DNA of 64,000 nucleotides from Eukaryota sp. TZLM1-RC (GCA_040285825.1 JAUPSS010000007.1:124001-188000), one strand, 5' to 3'; shown: positions 1-12,835, numbered from the stretch's first letter. The notes: generated from the sequence alone by a model not told the origin. A program made the numbers and translations.

Positions 1-1680
1 GAAGATGATTTTATTGAAATTAAACCAAAATCTTCAACAAAAAAAAGAAGGGGTCGTAGTACAAGAATGGCAGAGTAGTGTAGTATTAATTTTTTGATTA
101 TTGGTTACTTATAAATAGATTATGAGCTTCTTTGTTTCAATATCTTAATTAATTTTTTCAGTTATTGTGATAAACAAGTAATTTTAATGGAATTTGATCA
201 ATAACTTCAAATGCCGAATGTTGAAATATCATTTTGAATTTAATTATCAGCCTATCCATCTTACACTTTTCAGGACACTAAAAAATTGAATTTACTGAAA
301 GTGAATAGTGTTTGTATTCAAATGTTGATGATCCGAAAATATTTTACAAAAATTATCAACCAAAAGTTCAGACTAGTTGCTTTAAATGTATATTAATTGA
401 GCGGAAAATTCCAAGTTATTTCTTTGTTATTTCAATTGTTTGTTGTTGGAAGTTTTTGGAAGTGTAGTAGTAAAGCAGCAGTTCATACCAATGATTCTTC
501 TCTTTCGTTTGGTTTCCATGGACTCAGATCTTCCAAATATATCAACATGAACATATCAGTAGGAGCAATTTCCCGTCAGATTCACCTAATTGTGTTACTG
601 GGGACCGTACTTTTTTTCGTAATAATTCCATTGATCTTGTGCTCCAGGTAAAGTTTCATAGTGCATCTTCAAAATTTTTCTGCTAAACTGATTTGACACG
701 GTAAATCATGAATCTATCGTCTTGTTGAAATCAATATTGTTGGTTATAACATTGTTGTCTGATAGCAATCCTTCTGTAGCCTAATTGATTTTATAGGTAA
801 TTCGTTTTAAATGATCTAATGGACTTACAAATGCATCAATTAGCAAGTGGCAGGGTTTGATCTACAATTATGCGAATACAATAAGTTAATTCTTATATTC
901 TAATCCTTCAGTGGTTAGCGGAAAACTACAATCACTTGTAAACTAAAGATATCAAACATCTTGAACCCATTTCAATCTGCGTTGTTGTTTGATGAATTTC
1001 TTAACAGATTATTTCAAACAATCAAGTATTGTCACTTTTAGTAAGGGTAAATGGTGATGTTAATGTGGTGGGACTATTTTCATTTTTTATTGATATAGAT
1101 GTCAGATATTTCAATTATTCTATTCTATTATTGTGTTTTATTTACCCGAACAGTGAGGAAGTTTGCCATGAACGCAAATCCGTTTTCTTTAGTTTGAGCG
1201 CAAAGGATCAATTGTGCATTAATCTATACTAAAGTCAACTAATAGTTGTCACATCAACTATCCAAAGTTAATACTTATGGGAAAAAGTGTTCTTTTTCAT
1301 TAGTTTACATGTAAATTGGAGCAAAATGAGGTATATTGTCCAATTAAAATGTTGTTCTGGTGGAATTTCCTAAAGACTGCTCATGGTTGAGTATAAATTC
1401 AGGAAAAAAAGCATGTTGAATGAAATTTTATTTATGGAGAAAATTATTACAAGTGTTGAATTACGCCAACATTTCTGTTTCTCTGATGACCAGGAGAACG
1501 ACAAACAAAATTAAATAGAAATTACATATGATTTCACTAAAAAATTCATTTACTTTGAAGACTGAGACAAGACTATTTTCCATAACCAAATTGATCCAAA
1601 CATATTATCTTTGAGAAGCACAAATAAGAACTCACTATTTGTTAACAAAACTTCACGAAGACCTGGATCAATTACAGGTT

Positions 1681-3957
1681 TCAGCAACAGAAATCTCCAT
1701 TTAAATCTACAAAGTCACGAACACCCTGAGTTGAGCAATCATCACCAGAATACTGAATCGTCCATGGAAAACAAGATAACTCCACCAAATAATCATTATC
1801 AATTTGTTTAGCAGATTCAATCAAACCTTCATCAATAAGATTTGTTGGAAATAGTTCAGAATTTGCCAAACTTTGCTTATCAGGTTTAATCAATTGGATG
1901 AATTTCAAAAAAGGAAAGTTTTGTTCAGTGATATTGGTAGGAACAGAGCTATGAATAACCAATTCCTTTAAGTTTGGTAATTGTATTTCAACATTGTCAG
2001 GGCTCAGAGCTTCCAATCTAACAATGGATTGAGGTAAAGGAATTTGCCCTCTAAAGAATCGTAGTGATATAGGAAAGCACAACAAAACCAACTCTTTTAG
2101 AGACGTAAGATAGCTTAAATCAGTAACATTAAGTGCCTTGGCTTTAAACACCAGCTTCACTAGTGAAGTGGGTAATTGTTGTACATAGATTCCATAATCA
2201 AGCTCCAGGTACTTAATTATTGATGAATGTGCCAAATTTACCGAAATCCTTCTACTAGAACTTGACGTACCTCCAAGCTTAACAACCTCAACATTTGGGA
2301 AAAATGACAATAATTGTGGATCATAATCAACACCATCATAGTAAACATCAAGTTGTTTAATTCTAGTATTAATTACTTTGGGACCATTATAATCAGTAGA
2401 TAATCGTAATTGTAAATCACAAATATTTTCATTTGAATTCAAATCATGAGGATCTTTTAGAAATTTGAAACAACTTAATACTTCTTTAGCAGATTTAGCC
2501 ACTTTCTTGCTAATTGAACATTTGGTATAGAATCTGGCTTTTGTATAAGCATGGTTACCAAACAAATTCTTCAAATATTGTAAATATTCAAAGTAAATTA
2601 ATTTGATTAGACCACTAAACATTCTATCCAATGGTTGTTTCGGATATTGAAAACTTCCAAGAATTTCAGACCCAAATACTTTGACAGGTTGTGGTCGATC
2701 AATCAAATCACCAGTACCTAATTGACCTTTCCTGTTCCTCCCCCAAGCCCAAACAGTGCTTTTGTTGCAGGCAAAAAGGAAGTCATGACCTACTGAAACA
2801 CCTTCTATATTAGTGAATGCTTCAACACAAAATGGTTCATAATAATAATTTGCTTCATAAGCATCACTTAATCTACTCAACTTGCCCCACACAAAAACTT
2901 TACCACCATTATCAATGGCAGCAAAAACACCATTGAAACCGCTTATGGAAACAATATTGAATAACCCTGGAATTTGAATAGAATCACAGCCGTTGAAAGT
3001 GCAATCCTTGAATTTTTCAGAAAGTTTAACACCCTCAACCACGCAAAATTTCACCACATTACCATTAACATCAATGATAAAAGCAAAGCCATTTCTTAAT
3101 AAAACAGATTTTTCAAAGGAAGTGCTTGGTATCAAATATTTGGTAATTGTTAATTTCCTCAAAATAGTGTTAGAATTGCTGAAATAATAATTAATATTGT
3201 CATCAATGCAAACGAATGAAGCACCATCAAGAAAAAGAGAAGCAACAATTAAATCATCAGGAGTAATAAGAGAGATTTGTTGATTAGGATGGAAAGAACT
3301 GTTGCTTTCAAAGGACAAAACACGTGATAATTTAACAACTTGGCCTTCTTGGGTCAAAGCAAATGAACAATTATCACCACCAAAAACTTCCTTAATGTTA
3401 TAAGGAATGTTGATTAGTGTAATGGACAGTAATCTACTGGTTGAATTATTAATTTGATGGTGATTATTCGAACCCCAACCATATAACTTGCCCTCTGAAG
3501 AGAGGGCAAGGGAATGGTTACGACCAGCTGAAATGGATACGATATTAGTTAAAGGTAGTTTGATTGGAAAATTGATTGAACTTGATCCATTGTAAAGAAC
3601 TTGGCCATAATCATTATCCCCCCAACCATAAACTTCACCAGAATAGGTGAGGAGAAGAGAATGACCAGATTCTCCATAATGTTTAGATTCACAACAAGAG
3701 ATAGTTCTTGTGCCAACTTGAGCGAAATTTGGACATGGTGAGGACGAAGAACTGACGGTATCAGAAAAGTCTCCTTGAATATGCAAAAAATCACTAGTGC
3801 AAGCCCCCGATCGATCGGAGAGTAAACCAAGATCTTGAGTAATGATGTCCGGAGGTGTGTTGTGCAAAGTGTATAATGTTGATTCACACAAGGGTACAAA
3901 GTGGGAACCAGCACCGAAACAAGAAGATGTAGATTGGGATGGATGGTGAGGAGGCAT
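1681..3957 (-). CDS. RCC1-like beta-propeller + C-terminal degenerate leucine-rich-repeat (FNIP/BspA-like) protein, copy A
   Basis: 758-aa intact ORF. RCC1 repeats (GEVYGWGDNDYGQ, ISAGRNHSLAL..GKLYGWGSN, VWAWGRNRKGQLGTGD) are followed by LPxSLxxL / LxxLKEL repeats. Paralogous to 8423 and 48115. Confidence 0.9.
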   Translation of the reverse strand: MPPHHPSQSTSSCFGAGSHFVPLCESTLYTLHNTPPDIITQDLGLLSDRSGACTSDFLHIQGDFSDTVSSSSSPCPNFAQVGTRTISCCESKHYGESGHSLLLTYSGEVYGWGDNDYGQVLYNGSSSINFPIKLPLTNIVSISAGRNHSLALSSEGKLYGWGSNNHHQINNSTSRLLSITLINIPYNIKEVFGGDNCSFALTQEGQVVKLSRVLSFESNSSFHPNQQISLITPDDLIVASLFLDGASFVCIDDNINYYFSNSNTILRKLTITKYLIPSTSFEKSVLLRNGFAFIIDVNGNVVKFCVVEGVKLSEKFKDCTFNGCDSIQIPGLFNIVSISGFNGVFAAIDNGGKVFVWGKLSRLSDAYEANYYYEPFCVEAFTNIEGVSVGHDFLFACNKSTVWAWGRNRKGQLGTGDLIDRPQPVKVFGSEILGSFQYPKQPLDRMFSGLIKLIYFEYLQYLKNLFGNHAYTKARFYTKCSISKKVAKSAKEVLSCFKFLKDPHDLNSNENICDLQLRLSTDYNGPKVINTRIKQLDVYYDGVDYDPQLLSFFPNVEVVKLGGTSSSSRRISVNLAHSSIIKYLELDYGIYVQQLPTSLVKLVFKAKALNVTDLSYLTSLKELVLLCFPISLRFFRGQIPLPQSIVRLEALSPDNVEIQLPNLKELVIHSSVPTNITEQNFPFLKFIQLIKPDKQSLANSELFPTNLIDEGLIESAKQIDNDYLVELSCFPWTIQYSGDDCSTQGVRDFVDLNGDFCC

Positions 3958-4251
3958 TAAATCTTTGTTTCAGGAGGGTAAAAACTAATCTATGAACAGA
4001 TTGAAAACAAAAAAACATGATTTATTATGTTGACTGGTTGGAAAACGTGACTAAGAATGTGTTTCTCTCTCACCTTTTGCTCAGTGAAGGGAGGGTTGAT
4101 GTTGATTGTAAAGACAACTACTTACGTAAAATAATATACAAGGATCTAGCTTTACCTTAACCCTTGCAGACCATCAATTTGTTGCATCACAACAACTTCC
4201 TTCCACCAACATGTTAGCGATCAGCAAGGTTTAGTATTTACGACGCACAAT

Positions 4252-5535
4252 GCCATTGGTAATCATGGTAAAGTTTTTGTTTGGGGAAAGTTGAGTAGAT
4301 TAAGCGATGCTTATGAAGCAAATTATTACTATGAACCAATTTGTGTTGAAGCATTCACTAATATAGAAGGTGTTTCAGTAGGTCATGACTACCTTTTTGC
4401 CTACAACAAAAGCACTGTTTGGGCTTGGGGAAGGAACGATGAAGGCCAATTAGGTACTGGTGACTTGATTGATCGACCACAACCTGTCAAAGTATTTGGT
4501 TCTGAAATACATGGAAGTTTTCAATATCCGAAACAACCATTGGATTGAATGTTTAGTCGTCTAATCGAATTAATTTACTTTGAATATTTTCAATATTTGA
4601 AATACTTGTTTGGTAACCATGCTTATACAAAAGTCAGATTCAATACCAAATGTATAATTAGCAAGAAAGTGGCTCAATTTGCTAATGAAGTGGTAAGTTG
4701 TTTTGAATTTCTAAAAGATCCTCACGATTTGAATTCAAATGAAAACATTTGTGATTTACAATTACAACTATCTACTGCTTACAATGGTCACAAAGTAATT
4801 AATACTAGAATGAAAAACTTGATGTTTACTATGATGGTGTTGATTATGATCCACAATTATTGTCTTTTTTCCCAATTGTTGAGGTTGTTAAGCTTGGTGG
4901 AAAGTCAATTTCTGATAGAAGGTTTTCGGTAAATTTGTTTTTTATAAACTTGTCACATTTATCAAATATGAAAGTCTGGAGCTTAATCATACATTCAAAA
5001 TAGAAGAATTGCCCACCTCACTAGTGAAGTTAGTGCTTAAACACCACTTTATTGAGGTTACTGATTTGAGCTATCTTACATCATTAAAAGAATTGGTTTT
5101 ATCTCGTCATCTTTGAAACAGATCATTGTAAGGAGAAATACTTTTACCTCAATCTATCGTTAGATTGGATGTTTGGTCAGGAGCTGTGGGTTTTCACATT
5201 GAAAGTGGTATCTTCTTCCATTACCATAGTCCCGTAAGTATCATTATGCAAGCTTTTCATCTAAAGGAACTGATAATTCATCATTATGTTCCCCCATTAC
5301 CATTCAACAAAACTTTCCTTCTTTAAAATTCATTCACTTAATCAGACCAACAGAACATAAACTATTAGATTCCCCTTTGTCTTCAACACAATTCATTAGT
5401 CAAGGTTTAGTTAACTCTGTTAAACAAAAGAATAAACCGAACCATTATTTGGTGGAACTATCTTGTTTTCCGTGGATGATTCAGTACTCATTAAGTGAAT
5501 ATTTGATTGATGTTTTCCGTGACTATATAGAATAA
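4252..5535 (+). pseudogene. 5'-truncated RCC1-LRR pseudogene (copy B), inverted relative to copy A
   Basis: Near-identical to the C-terminal half of copy A (SRLSDAYEANYYYEP...). In-frame TGA at 4546-4548 and a frameshift near 4815; N-terminal blades are missing. Confidence 0.88.
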
Positions 5536-5689
5536 TGTAAAGGATTCATTTGGTGAGGAAACATTTGTTTTATGGAAAATATTTCTGTTTGTTGCTCTTT
5601 AGTTGATGTTTGTGGTTATTACTTCATTTGTTTTGTAAAAATAGTTTTTATTGACCTTTTTAGATGTTGTTCTTCACAAACTATGAATA

Positions 5690-6275
5690 ATTATGTGTCC
5701 AAAATACACTAAAGTTTAAAGTACAAAAACAAGCTTGGAATGAATTGTTTTTGGATCTAAATAAGCTTGTTGATTGGAAATATTTACAGTAGCTACAGTT
5801 AGAGAAACACTAAAATCATAACAAGTTTGGTTCCGATGGTAAAGGTGATATTTACTGTGATTGGATTAATAACCCTGAAACTGTTGTTGAGTTTGTCTCC
5901 TGTATTGTTACAAATGACAAGAAAGAAACTTAATCCGGTAAAGCTCTTGAATTTAAAATGAATGAAAAACATAGAAAATTTGACACAGATATCGAAGAAG
6001 ATAGTTCTGATAGAAATAGCCCACTTGCTTTCCCAGTTTCTATAAAAAAGTCTAGCAGTAGAAGCAGGAAGTTTAATGAAGGATGTCCAAATATTGGCTC
6101 AAGAAAGAACAATGAAGAGAGTGGATGTCTTTTTGTGGCTGTTGCGAATTAAATTTGCTTAAATTGATAGAGTATTCAATTCTTGTATGGAATAATAGAA
6201 GCAATGGCAAGAAAACAAGCAGATTAAGATTGTTTAGAGGAAATCTTGGTTCATTATATTCAGTCCCATTAGTTC
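5690..6275 (+). mobile_element. Non-LTR retrotransposon 3' fragment (RLE endonuclease), CRE-like lineage 3
   Basis: Decayed GKGDIYCDW...KHRKFD...AFPVS motifs. The 3' end CTTGGTTCA..GTCCCATTAGTT is shared with copies ending near 32964, 46193, 53053 and 57692. Confidence 0.7.
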
Positions 6276-6289
6276 TTTTTTTTACAAAA

Positions 6290-7935
6290 TTTTAATTTTA
6301 TTCAAAACCTATAAATCAACATCTAAAAAATCCATCTCTCCCAAAACAAAAACACTAGATGCAACTCTCTCATAGTGAGAACCAAGAGACAGCAAGGCAT
6401 CAGAAACCATCTTCAACATCTTCTTCAAAATGGAAAACACAATTCTATTTTGCCAAAACAATCTGTTGAAATTTCTGCCAGTTCTTCTCTTTACAATCAT
6501 TTCAAAATCATCCAAAAAACGTAAAGCAATTGGTGCAAGTGAACCAAAAAGGGAAAATACAAATGGATACAAATTGTATTTTGCATGCTGTAGACTGGCC
6601 AATTTGGACAAAGGTTCATTGTATTTTTTGAATTTGAAATTTTCAGCATTTGAAAGAGGATTATGAATTTCAGAATTAACTAGCCTTTCATTTTAGGCAT
6701 TACAAGGATCAACAGAAATTACATCCATTAAAATGAAGGTTCCATCTAATCCAAGTAATATAACATCACCTCTGTTATTCTTATGAAAATCATCTTCAGC
6801 ATCAAACAGATTTGACAACAGAGGTTCCAAGAAGGATTCAACTCTATGAGATTTACACATACAATATAAATGGTCTCTTACAGCATCATGAACCTCGCTT
6901 CTAAAAGATATAAAATGTTTACAATTTAACAAATGAGTAGTTGTAATTTCTCGAGAACATTTACAAATTAAATTATGAGGTAAATTATCAGGCCAGATAA
7001 AGGAACGAAATCTCATATTCAGAGTCCAAGCAGAATCGGTTAAGAAAGTACCATAAACTTGTGGAATTGTTGTTACTAAGGCAGAAGAAGTACTGTCACA
7101 CATATCTTGTAAAAGATTTGCAAAAGCGGGATTCTTTTTCTTGGCCAAGCCAAGTCTAACATCAAAATCCAAGCTTTCAAAAATCTTTGACAATTTTTGT
7201 TGAAGCTTTTTACAGCAAAACTGTAAATTAAAAAGAGATCGGTTTGGAATTTCTTGAATTGATTGAGGAAAACATTTGGTCCAAATTTGTGGCGGCAATT
7301 TTTCAAGTTCACAAGATAACTCATACAAATAAGGACTGCAATTGGGAACTAACAGATGAGAATCATCAGGAAATCTACGAGAAAATTCATAAACAAAATT
7401 TTTGCCACCACCCAAGAATGCTGATTGACACAAAATTAAAAGTTTAGTAAATCCAATACCACCCAAATTTGCTGAAGAAAGTAAATGGTTTTTCAACATT
7501 CCTGGTTCTACATCCAATAAATCAGCAAAAAATTCTGTTCTCAATGAATTAAAAGAACGACAAAAATCTAATGCTATGGAAGGAGCACAAGATCTCAAAA
7601 TGTGGGTTATTCTCCCAGTGTAGCAAATTTTAAGCATGAAAAATTTAATATGTTTTTCTATATCTAAAGAAGAAATTGAATCAAGTTCAATTTTCATTTG
7701 TTTCCAAGATAACTTGTAATTCATTCTGAATTTGAGGCACGTTTCCTAACCAACAACCAAGGAACTTAAAAGCATCACTACTATAATTAGTAAAAGGGAC
7801 AATAGAATCGTTTGTCACGAGATCTTGAGCAGAAGATCCAATCAGAAGGCATTTGCTGGCATTAAGATGAAGCCCAATATTTTCATATAAATCGGCAATT
7901 TCCATTAGTTCTGATTTAATTTTATTAAAAGTTGT
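6290..7935 (-). mobile_element. 5'-truncated CRE/SLACS-like non-LTR retrotransposon, lineage 1 (RT thumb, CCHC knuckle, RLE)
   Basis: GLHLNASKC...FKFLGCWLG (RT end), LGGIG, CKCSREITTTHLLNC, HDAVRD, RGDV..DV..D and K..KY..FVFSLFG motifs. One frameshift near 7700 and one TAA at 6693. Confidence 0.88.
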
Positions 7936-8422
7936 AGCTCAATAGAAGGATCTTTATCAATTGCAAAAATTTTTTTGATAGTAATGTTGATATATTAAAA
8001 AAACATATAATAATAAAAAATGATGTTCCACAAATTCATAAAATTTTGAAATTTTGAATTCTTTGTGTAAACACAATTTGATTGATCATGGAACGAATCA
8101 TGGAAAGTTAAACGGTGAGTAATACAATACTAGCTAGTGTAAATATGTAAGAATAAAAGTGTGATACTGCAACTGCAAATTAGGTCATCTAGAAGGACAC
8201 AAGATGACAAAAAACAAGTTTTTGTCAGGATTGTTGTCCATTTATGGTCGATATGCATAAGACCACTTGTGTTGGAATGATGGGAAATCATCTGAAACAA
8301 GAGCAGTTCTGGTTATTTGAAATGATAAATTTTTCTTTACTAAAAACAATTTGTCATATAAAGTGAAGTAGGGTGGTTAAAGCACTTGAGTCATCCCTCC
8401 ACACACAACTTCTGACTCAACA

Positions 8423-10624
8423 ATGACTCTCAATCAAGGTTGTCATCACTGTAGGGATAGTCCTACACCTTCCTGTTCTCAAATGGAACGTCACTGTCAA
8501 TATTACACAAACCCTCCTCTTGATTCTTTGCCTAATGCTCCTGAAATTCTTCAATCAAGTGAAAGCATCAATGCCTCTCCTCAAACCAGGTGCGCTGATG
8601 TTCATCGTGCGACTCTTTCTGAATTCAGTGACCTCTCTCTCATCCGTCAAGAATCATCCCATTCTCGCCACTTTTTGATTCCCCCGATCGATCGGGATTT
8701 AGGGGTTCAATCCATCTCTGTCAGTGAAGAACATTCTCTTCTCCTCACCTATTCTGGTGAGGTTTATGCTTGGGGAGATAATGATTATGGCCTAGTTCTT
8801 CACAATGGATCAAGTTCAATCAATTTTCCAATCAAACTACCTTTAACTAATATTGTATCCATTTCAGCTGGCCGTAACCATTCCCTTGCCCTCTCTTCAC
8901 AAGGCAAGTTATATGGTTGGGGTTCGACTGGTTGTAATCAAATTAACATGTCTGAAAAGTGGTCACTGCCCATTACACTAATCAACATTCCTTATAACAT
9001 TAAGGAAGTTTTTGGTGGTGATAATTGTTCATTTGCTTTGACCCAAGAAGGCCAAGTTGTTAAATGGGGAGATTATAAATCATTTAAATTAATTGAAGAA
9101 TTAAATAATATTGTATTCGTTTCTGTGTTTGGCGATTCATTTATAGCAGTAGATGAGGAAACTGCTTTTTTCTGTTGGGATGGTGAACATTTAACAAAGA
9201 TCTCAGTCTCCAAACATCTTACTCCAAGAATACCCTTAAAGGCCAGGGTTTTATTAGATGGTGATTACCTATTTCTAATTGATGTTAATGGTGATGTCTG
9301 GAAGTTGAAAGAGGTGCAAAGAAGTCTTTTCGATATCAAGCCCACCAAGCTTCAAGGTTTAAGCAAAATTGATTCTATTATTGGATTTAAAGGAACTCTT
9401 GCTGCCATTGATAATAATGGTAAAGTTTTTGTTTGGGGTGAATTGAACAAAATTAGTGATGTTTATGAAGATGCACAAGAACCAATTTGTGTTGAAGCAT
9501 TCACTAATATAGAAGGTATCTCAGTAGGTCATAACATCATCTTTGCCTACAACAAAAGCACTGTTTGGGCTTGGGGAAGGAATAATAAAGGTCAATTAGG
9601 TACAGGTGATTTGATTGATCGACCACAACCTGTCAAAGTATTTGGTTCTGAAATACTTGGCAGTTTTCAGTATCCGAAACAACCATTGGATAGAATATTC
9701 AGTGGTCTCATCAAATTAATTTACTTTGAATATTTACAACATTTGAAGAATTTGTTTGGTAACCATGCTTATACAAAAGCCAGATTCAATACCAAATGTA
9801 TAATTAGCAAGAAAGTGGCTCAATTTGCTAAAGAAGTGGTCAGTTGTTTTGAATTTCTAAAAGATCCTCGCGATTTGAATTCAAATGAAAACATTTGTGA
9901 TTTACAATTACGATTATCTACTGTTTATAATGGTCCCAATGTAATTAATACTAGAATTCAAAAACTTGATGTTTACTATGATGGTGTTGATTATGATCCA
10001 CAATTATTGTCATTTTTCCCAAATGTTGAGGTTGTTAAGCTTTGTGGATGGTCAAAATTTGGTAGAAGCTCTATTAACTTGGCACATTTATCATTACTTA
10101 AGTGTCTAGAGCTTGATTATCGATTCAATGTAGAACAATTACCCACTTCACTAGTGAAGTTAGTGCTTATCCATGACATTATTGAGGTTACTGATTTAAG
10201 CTATCTCACATCATTAAAAGAGTTGGTAGTCATATCTCGTTGTGTTTCAAGAGCAATACTTGAAGGACAAATACCTATACCTCAATCCATTGTCAGAGTG
10301 GAAGCAGAATTGTTCAGTTCTGTCAATGTTGAAATACAATTACCAAACTTAAAGGAATTGGTTATTCATTGGAGTCTTCCTACCAATATCACTGAACAAA
10401 ACTTTCCTTTTTTGAAATTCCTTCAATTGATTAAACCTGATAAGGAAAGTTTGGCAAATTCTGAGCTGTTTCCAAGTTATCTTATTAGTAAAGGTTTCGT
10501 TGAATCTGTTCAACTTGTTAAGAATCAATATCTGGTTAAATTGCCTCAGTTTCCATGGTTGATTCAGTATCCATCTGAAAGGTATTTGATTGATATTTTC
10601 CGTGGCCAGCTTGGTGAAAAATAA
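8423..10624 (+). CDS. RCC1 + LRR protein, copy C
   Basis: 733-aa intact ORF with the same architecture and blocks near-identical to copies A and D. Confidence 0.9.
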   Translation: MTLNQGCHHCRDSPTPSCSQMERHCQYYTNPPLDSLPNAPEILQSSESINASPQTRCADVHRATLSEFSDLSLIRQESSHSRHFLIPPIDRDLGVQSISVSEEHSLLLTYSGEVYAWGDNDYGLVLHNGSSSINFPIKLPLTNIVSISAGRNHSLALSSQGKLYGWGSTGCNQINMSEKWSLPITLINIPYNIKEVFGGDNCSFALTQEGQVVKWGDYKSFKLIEELNNIVFVSVFGDSFIAVDEETAFFCWDGEHLTKISVSKHLTPRIPLKARVLLDGDYLFLIDVNGDVWKLKEVQRSLFDIKPTKLQGLSKIDSIIGFKGTLAAIDNNGKVFVWGELNKISDVYEDAQEPICVEAFTNIEGISVGHNIIFAYNKSTVWAWGRNNKGQLGTGDLIDRPQPVKVFGSEILGSFQYPKQPLDRIFSGLIKLIYFEYLQHLKNLFGNHAYTKARFNTKCIISKKVAQFAKEVVSCFEFLKDPRDLNSNENICDLQLRLSTVYNGPNVINTRIQKLDVYYDGVDYDPQLLSFFPNVEVVKLCGWSKFGRSSINLAHLSLLKCLELDYRFNVEQLPTSLVKLVLIHDIIEVTDLSYLTSLKELVVISRCVSRAILEGQIPIPQSIVRVEAELFSSVNVEIQLPNLKELVIHWSLPTNITEQNFPFLKFLQLIKPDKESLANSELFPSYLISKGFVESVQLVKNQYLVKLPQFPWLIQYPSERYLIDIFRGQLGEK

Positions 10625-11191
10625 AGAAATAGTTTCATTTTTATTCCATAGATTTAGATTAAATTGTTTTTGGTGTTTTTGTAGTTTTTACATAAATTCA
10701 CAGTAATGTTTAATCAATAATTGGTTTTGTTCACCCTTCAGAACTCATCACATCATTTCTCCAACCACAACCATGCAAATTTTTCGAAAAGTTGTAGATA
10801 TTTTAGATTTTTTTAAAAAATATTTTAGATGGTATCCATACATCCAACATAAAGTGAAATTTAAGCTTTATCAATAACTGACTTTACCAAAAGGATTTGT
10901 TGAAAGTTTACTCAACTCGATCTTCAACAACAATTACCCACTACACTAGTGAATTGAATGGTTGAATTTAATTAATGATATCATAAAGAATTGCGAAGAT
11001 ACAAATTGGTTTGAATTGGCAGTTTTAAACTACTATTAATCATTTTGCAAGTGTTTTGTTTGCATTTTCACAAAAAGATTCAAAATGATTGTCAATTTTG
11101 ACATGTTTCAGTCTTTTCATTATTTAAAGTCCATAATAAATAAATATGAACTACCCAAACACAAATCACAAATCACATTTATTGAAAACCA

Positions 11192-12835
11192 CTAAGAACT
11201 TAACAATGCTTCAACAACAGCCTCAGCATTAATAACAACCAAATCTGTGTAATTTTGTCCAGTGCCTATGTAAACTATTGGTTTACCACTAATAAAACAC
11301 AAAGACAATGCACTTCCTACTTTAGTATCAACCGTGTCAAACTTTGTTAGGAAAATTCCATCTATTCCGACTCCATTCCTTGGACCAGTCACTTTCTTCA
11401 ACAAGGCAGCCTCGAAACGCTCAATCTGGTCAACAGAAGAATGTCCTACCAAAGCTTCCCCAACAAATAATACTAAATTAGGCACGGCACGCGAAACAAG
11501 TTCAGCTAGTGCGGCCATTAAGGGTTCATTATCTTGCATTCTACCGGCAGTATCAATCAACACGCAATCAAACCCTTTCCGATTAGCATAATTTAGAGCT
11601 GATGACGCGACAGATGCTGGCGAAGTTCCATAATCCTTTGCGAACAGTTCTATATCCAATCTCTTAGCATGAACCTCCAATTGTTGGACAGCACCTGACC
11701 TAAAAGTATCACAGCCAGCAATTAGTATTTTAATTCCATGTTGTTTCAGGTAAAATGCAATTTTGGCAAGATTAGTGGATTTTCCAACACCATTAACTCC
11801 ACAAAAAACAATCGAGTAGGGAGTTGAATTTTTTGCCTTGTGATCTTTGACCTCTTGCAAAATGTCGATATGACGTGTAGGTGTCAAAATTTGAGAAATT
11901 GATTGACTCAGCGAAGACTTTACAAGACTTTGAATACCACCTAATTTAGGTGCACTTTTTCCAATCAAATCTGATTCAACTGATTCAATGACACGTGTTG
12001 CCACGTCAGCAGCCACATTTTTGTCAATCAATTGTTCCTTAAATTTTGGAAGTACTTTATCTAATGATTGTTGAGTTATAGTCCCTCCAATTAAGGATGA
12101 AAAGATTCCCAAATTACTTTTCTTTTTTTCAACCTTCAATTGACCCAATTGCATAGGTCGTGATGAGCTGGCATTTGCTGTCATGGAAGGTGATGACGTG
12201 TCGATTGGTTTATCAGCAGAAAAGTCAAGCACATTCTCATCAAATTCAATCGCCCCTTTCTTAGAACGAAGCTTCTTTCCTCCTTTTTTCTTGCTCTTGT
12301 CTGCCTTTAGATCAGCCGACATAGTCTTTGCTTCCTTACTCTTCTTCTCTTCACTCTTTTTTTCCAATACCTCCATTGGCGAGGATGGAGCAGAAATGGG
12401 GGAAGCTGGGGGAAGGGAAGTAGTGAGATGGATGGGAGTTGGAGTAGGCTTGGTTTTGACTCGGAAAAGGTCATACACCGTCTCAAAAGTATGAGAGAAG
12501 TCCAAAGGAGACGTGAGAAGAGCCGACATATCGGAGAGGATGGCATTGGCGTAGCGGGAGAGGAATTCTTTGGAGAGAACGGAGAGCATGTCTTCAGCGT
12601 AGAGAATGGTGGCACGGCGTTCACAGATGAGAATAAATACGAGGTCAGGGTTATAAGTACGTTGATAATAGAGCGCATTGTCATTGGTGTAGTAAGGGTT
12701 GTCGTCCTTCTTTTCAAGTAGAACCTTCTGGATTAGGGAATTGACGGCGGCTTTCTTGTAAGATATTGACTGGATTTGGTTCCAGCAGAAGAGGAGAGCA
12801 CCACCAATGTGGAGGACGACGAAGGAGTCTATCAT
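11192..12835 (-). CDS. SRPRA: Signal recognition particle receptor alpha subunit (SRalpha/FtsY family GTPase)
   Basis: N-terminal longin-like MIDSFVVLHIGG (likely start ATG at 12835), a lysine-rich linker, and NG-domain motifs GVNGVGKSTNLAKI, DTFRSGA, DTAGR, TKFD and GTGQ. Confidence 0.96.
   Translation of the reverse strand: MIDSFVVLHIGGALLFCWNQIQSISYKKAAVNSLIQKVLLEKKDDNPYYTNDNALYYQRTYNPDLVFILICERRATILYAEDMLSVLSKEFLSRYANAILSDMSALLTSPLDFSHTFETVYDLFRVKTKPTPTPIHLTTSLPPASPISAPSSPMEVLEKKSEEKKSKEAKTMSADLKADKSKKKGGKKLRSKKGAIEFDENVLDFSADKPIDTSSPSMTANASSSRPMQLGQLKVEKKKSNLGIFSSLIGGTITQQSLDKVLPKFKEQLIDKNVAADVATRVIESVESDLIGKSAPKLGGIQSLVKSSLSQSISQILTPTRHIDILQEVKDHKAKNSTPYSIVFCGVNGVGKSTNLAKIAFYLKQHGIKILIAGCDTFRSGAVQQLEVHAKRLDIELFAKDYGTSPASVASSALNYANRKGFDCVLIDTAGRMQDNEPLMAALAELVSRAVPNLVLFVGEALVGHSSVDQIERFEAALLKKVTGPRNGVGIDGIFLTKFDTVDTKVGSALSLCFISGKPIVYIGTGQNYTDLVVINAEAVVEALLSS

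Noticed and set aside
397-1400. Short ORFs at the window start; 1029-1232 weakly RLE-like (GDVNVVGL...DIDV)
   Set aside because: Too decayed to assign with confidence.
6693-6695. Stop-codon reassignment suggested by in-frame stops in TE ORFs
   Set aside because: The paralog near 57236 has TCA (Ser) at this site, so it is a point mutation. Intact genes end in TAA, TAG and TGA.
11334-12721. Antisense and alternative-frame ORFs overlapping SRalpha, and similar short shadow ORFs elsewhere
   Set aside because: They are shadows of real genes or TE remnants, with no independent motifs.
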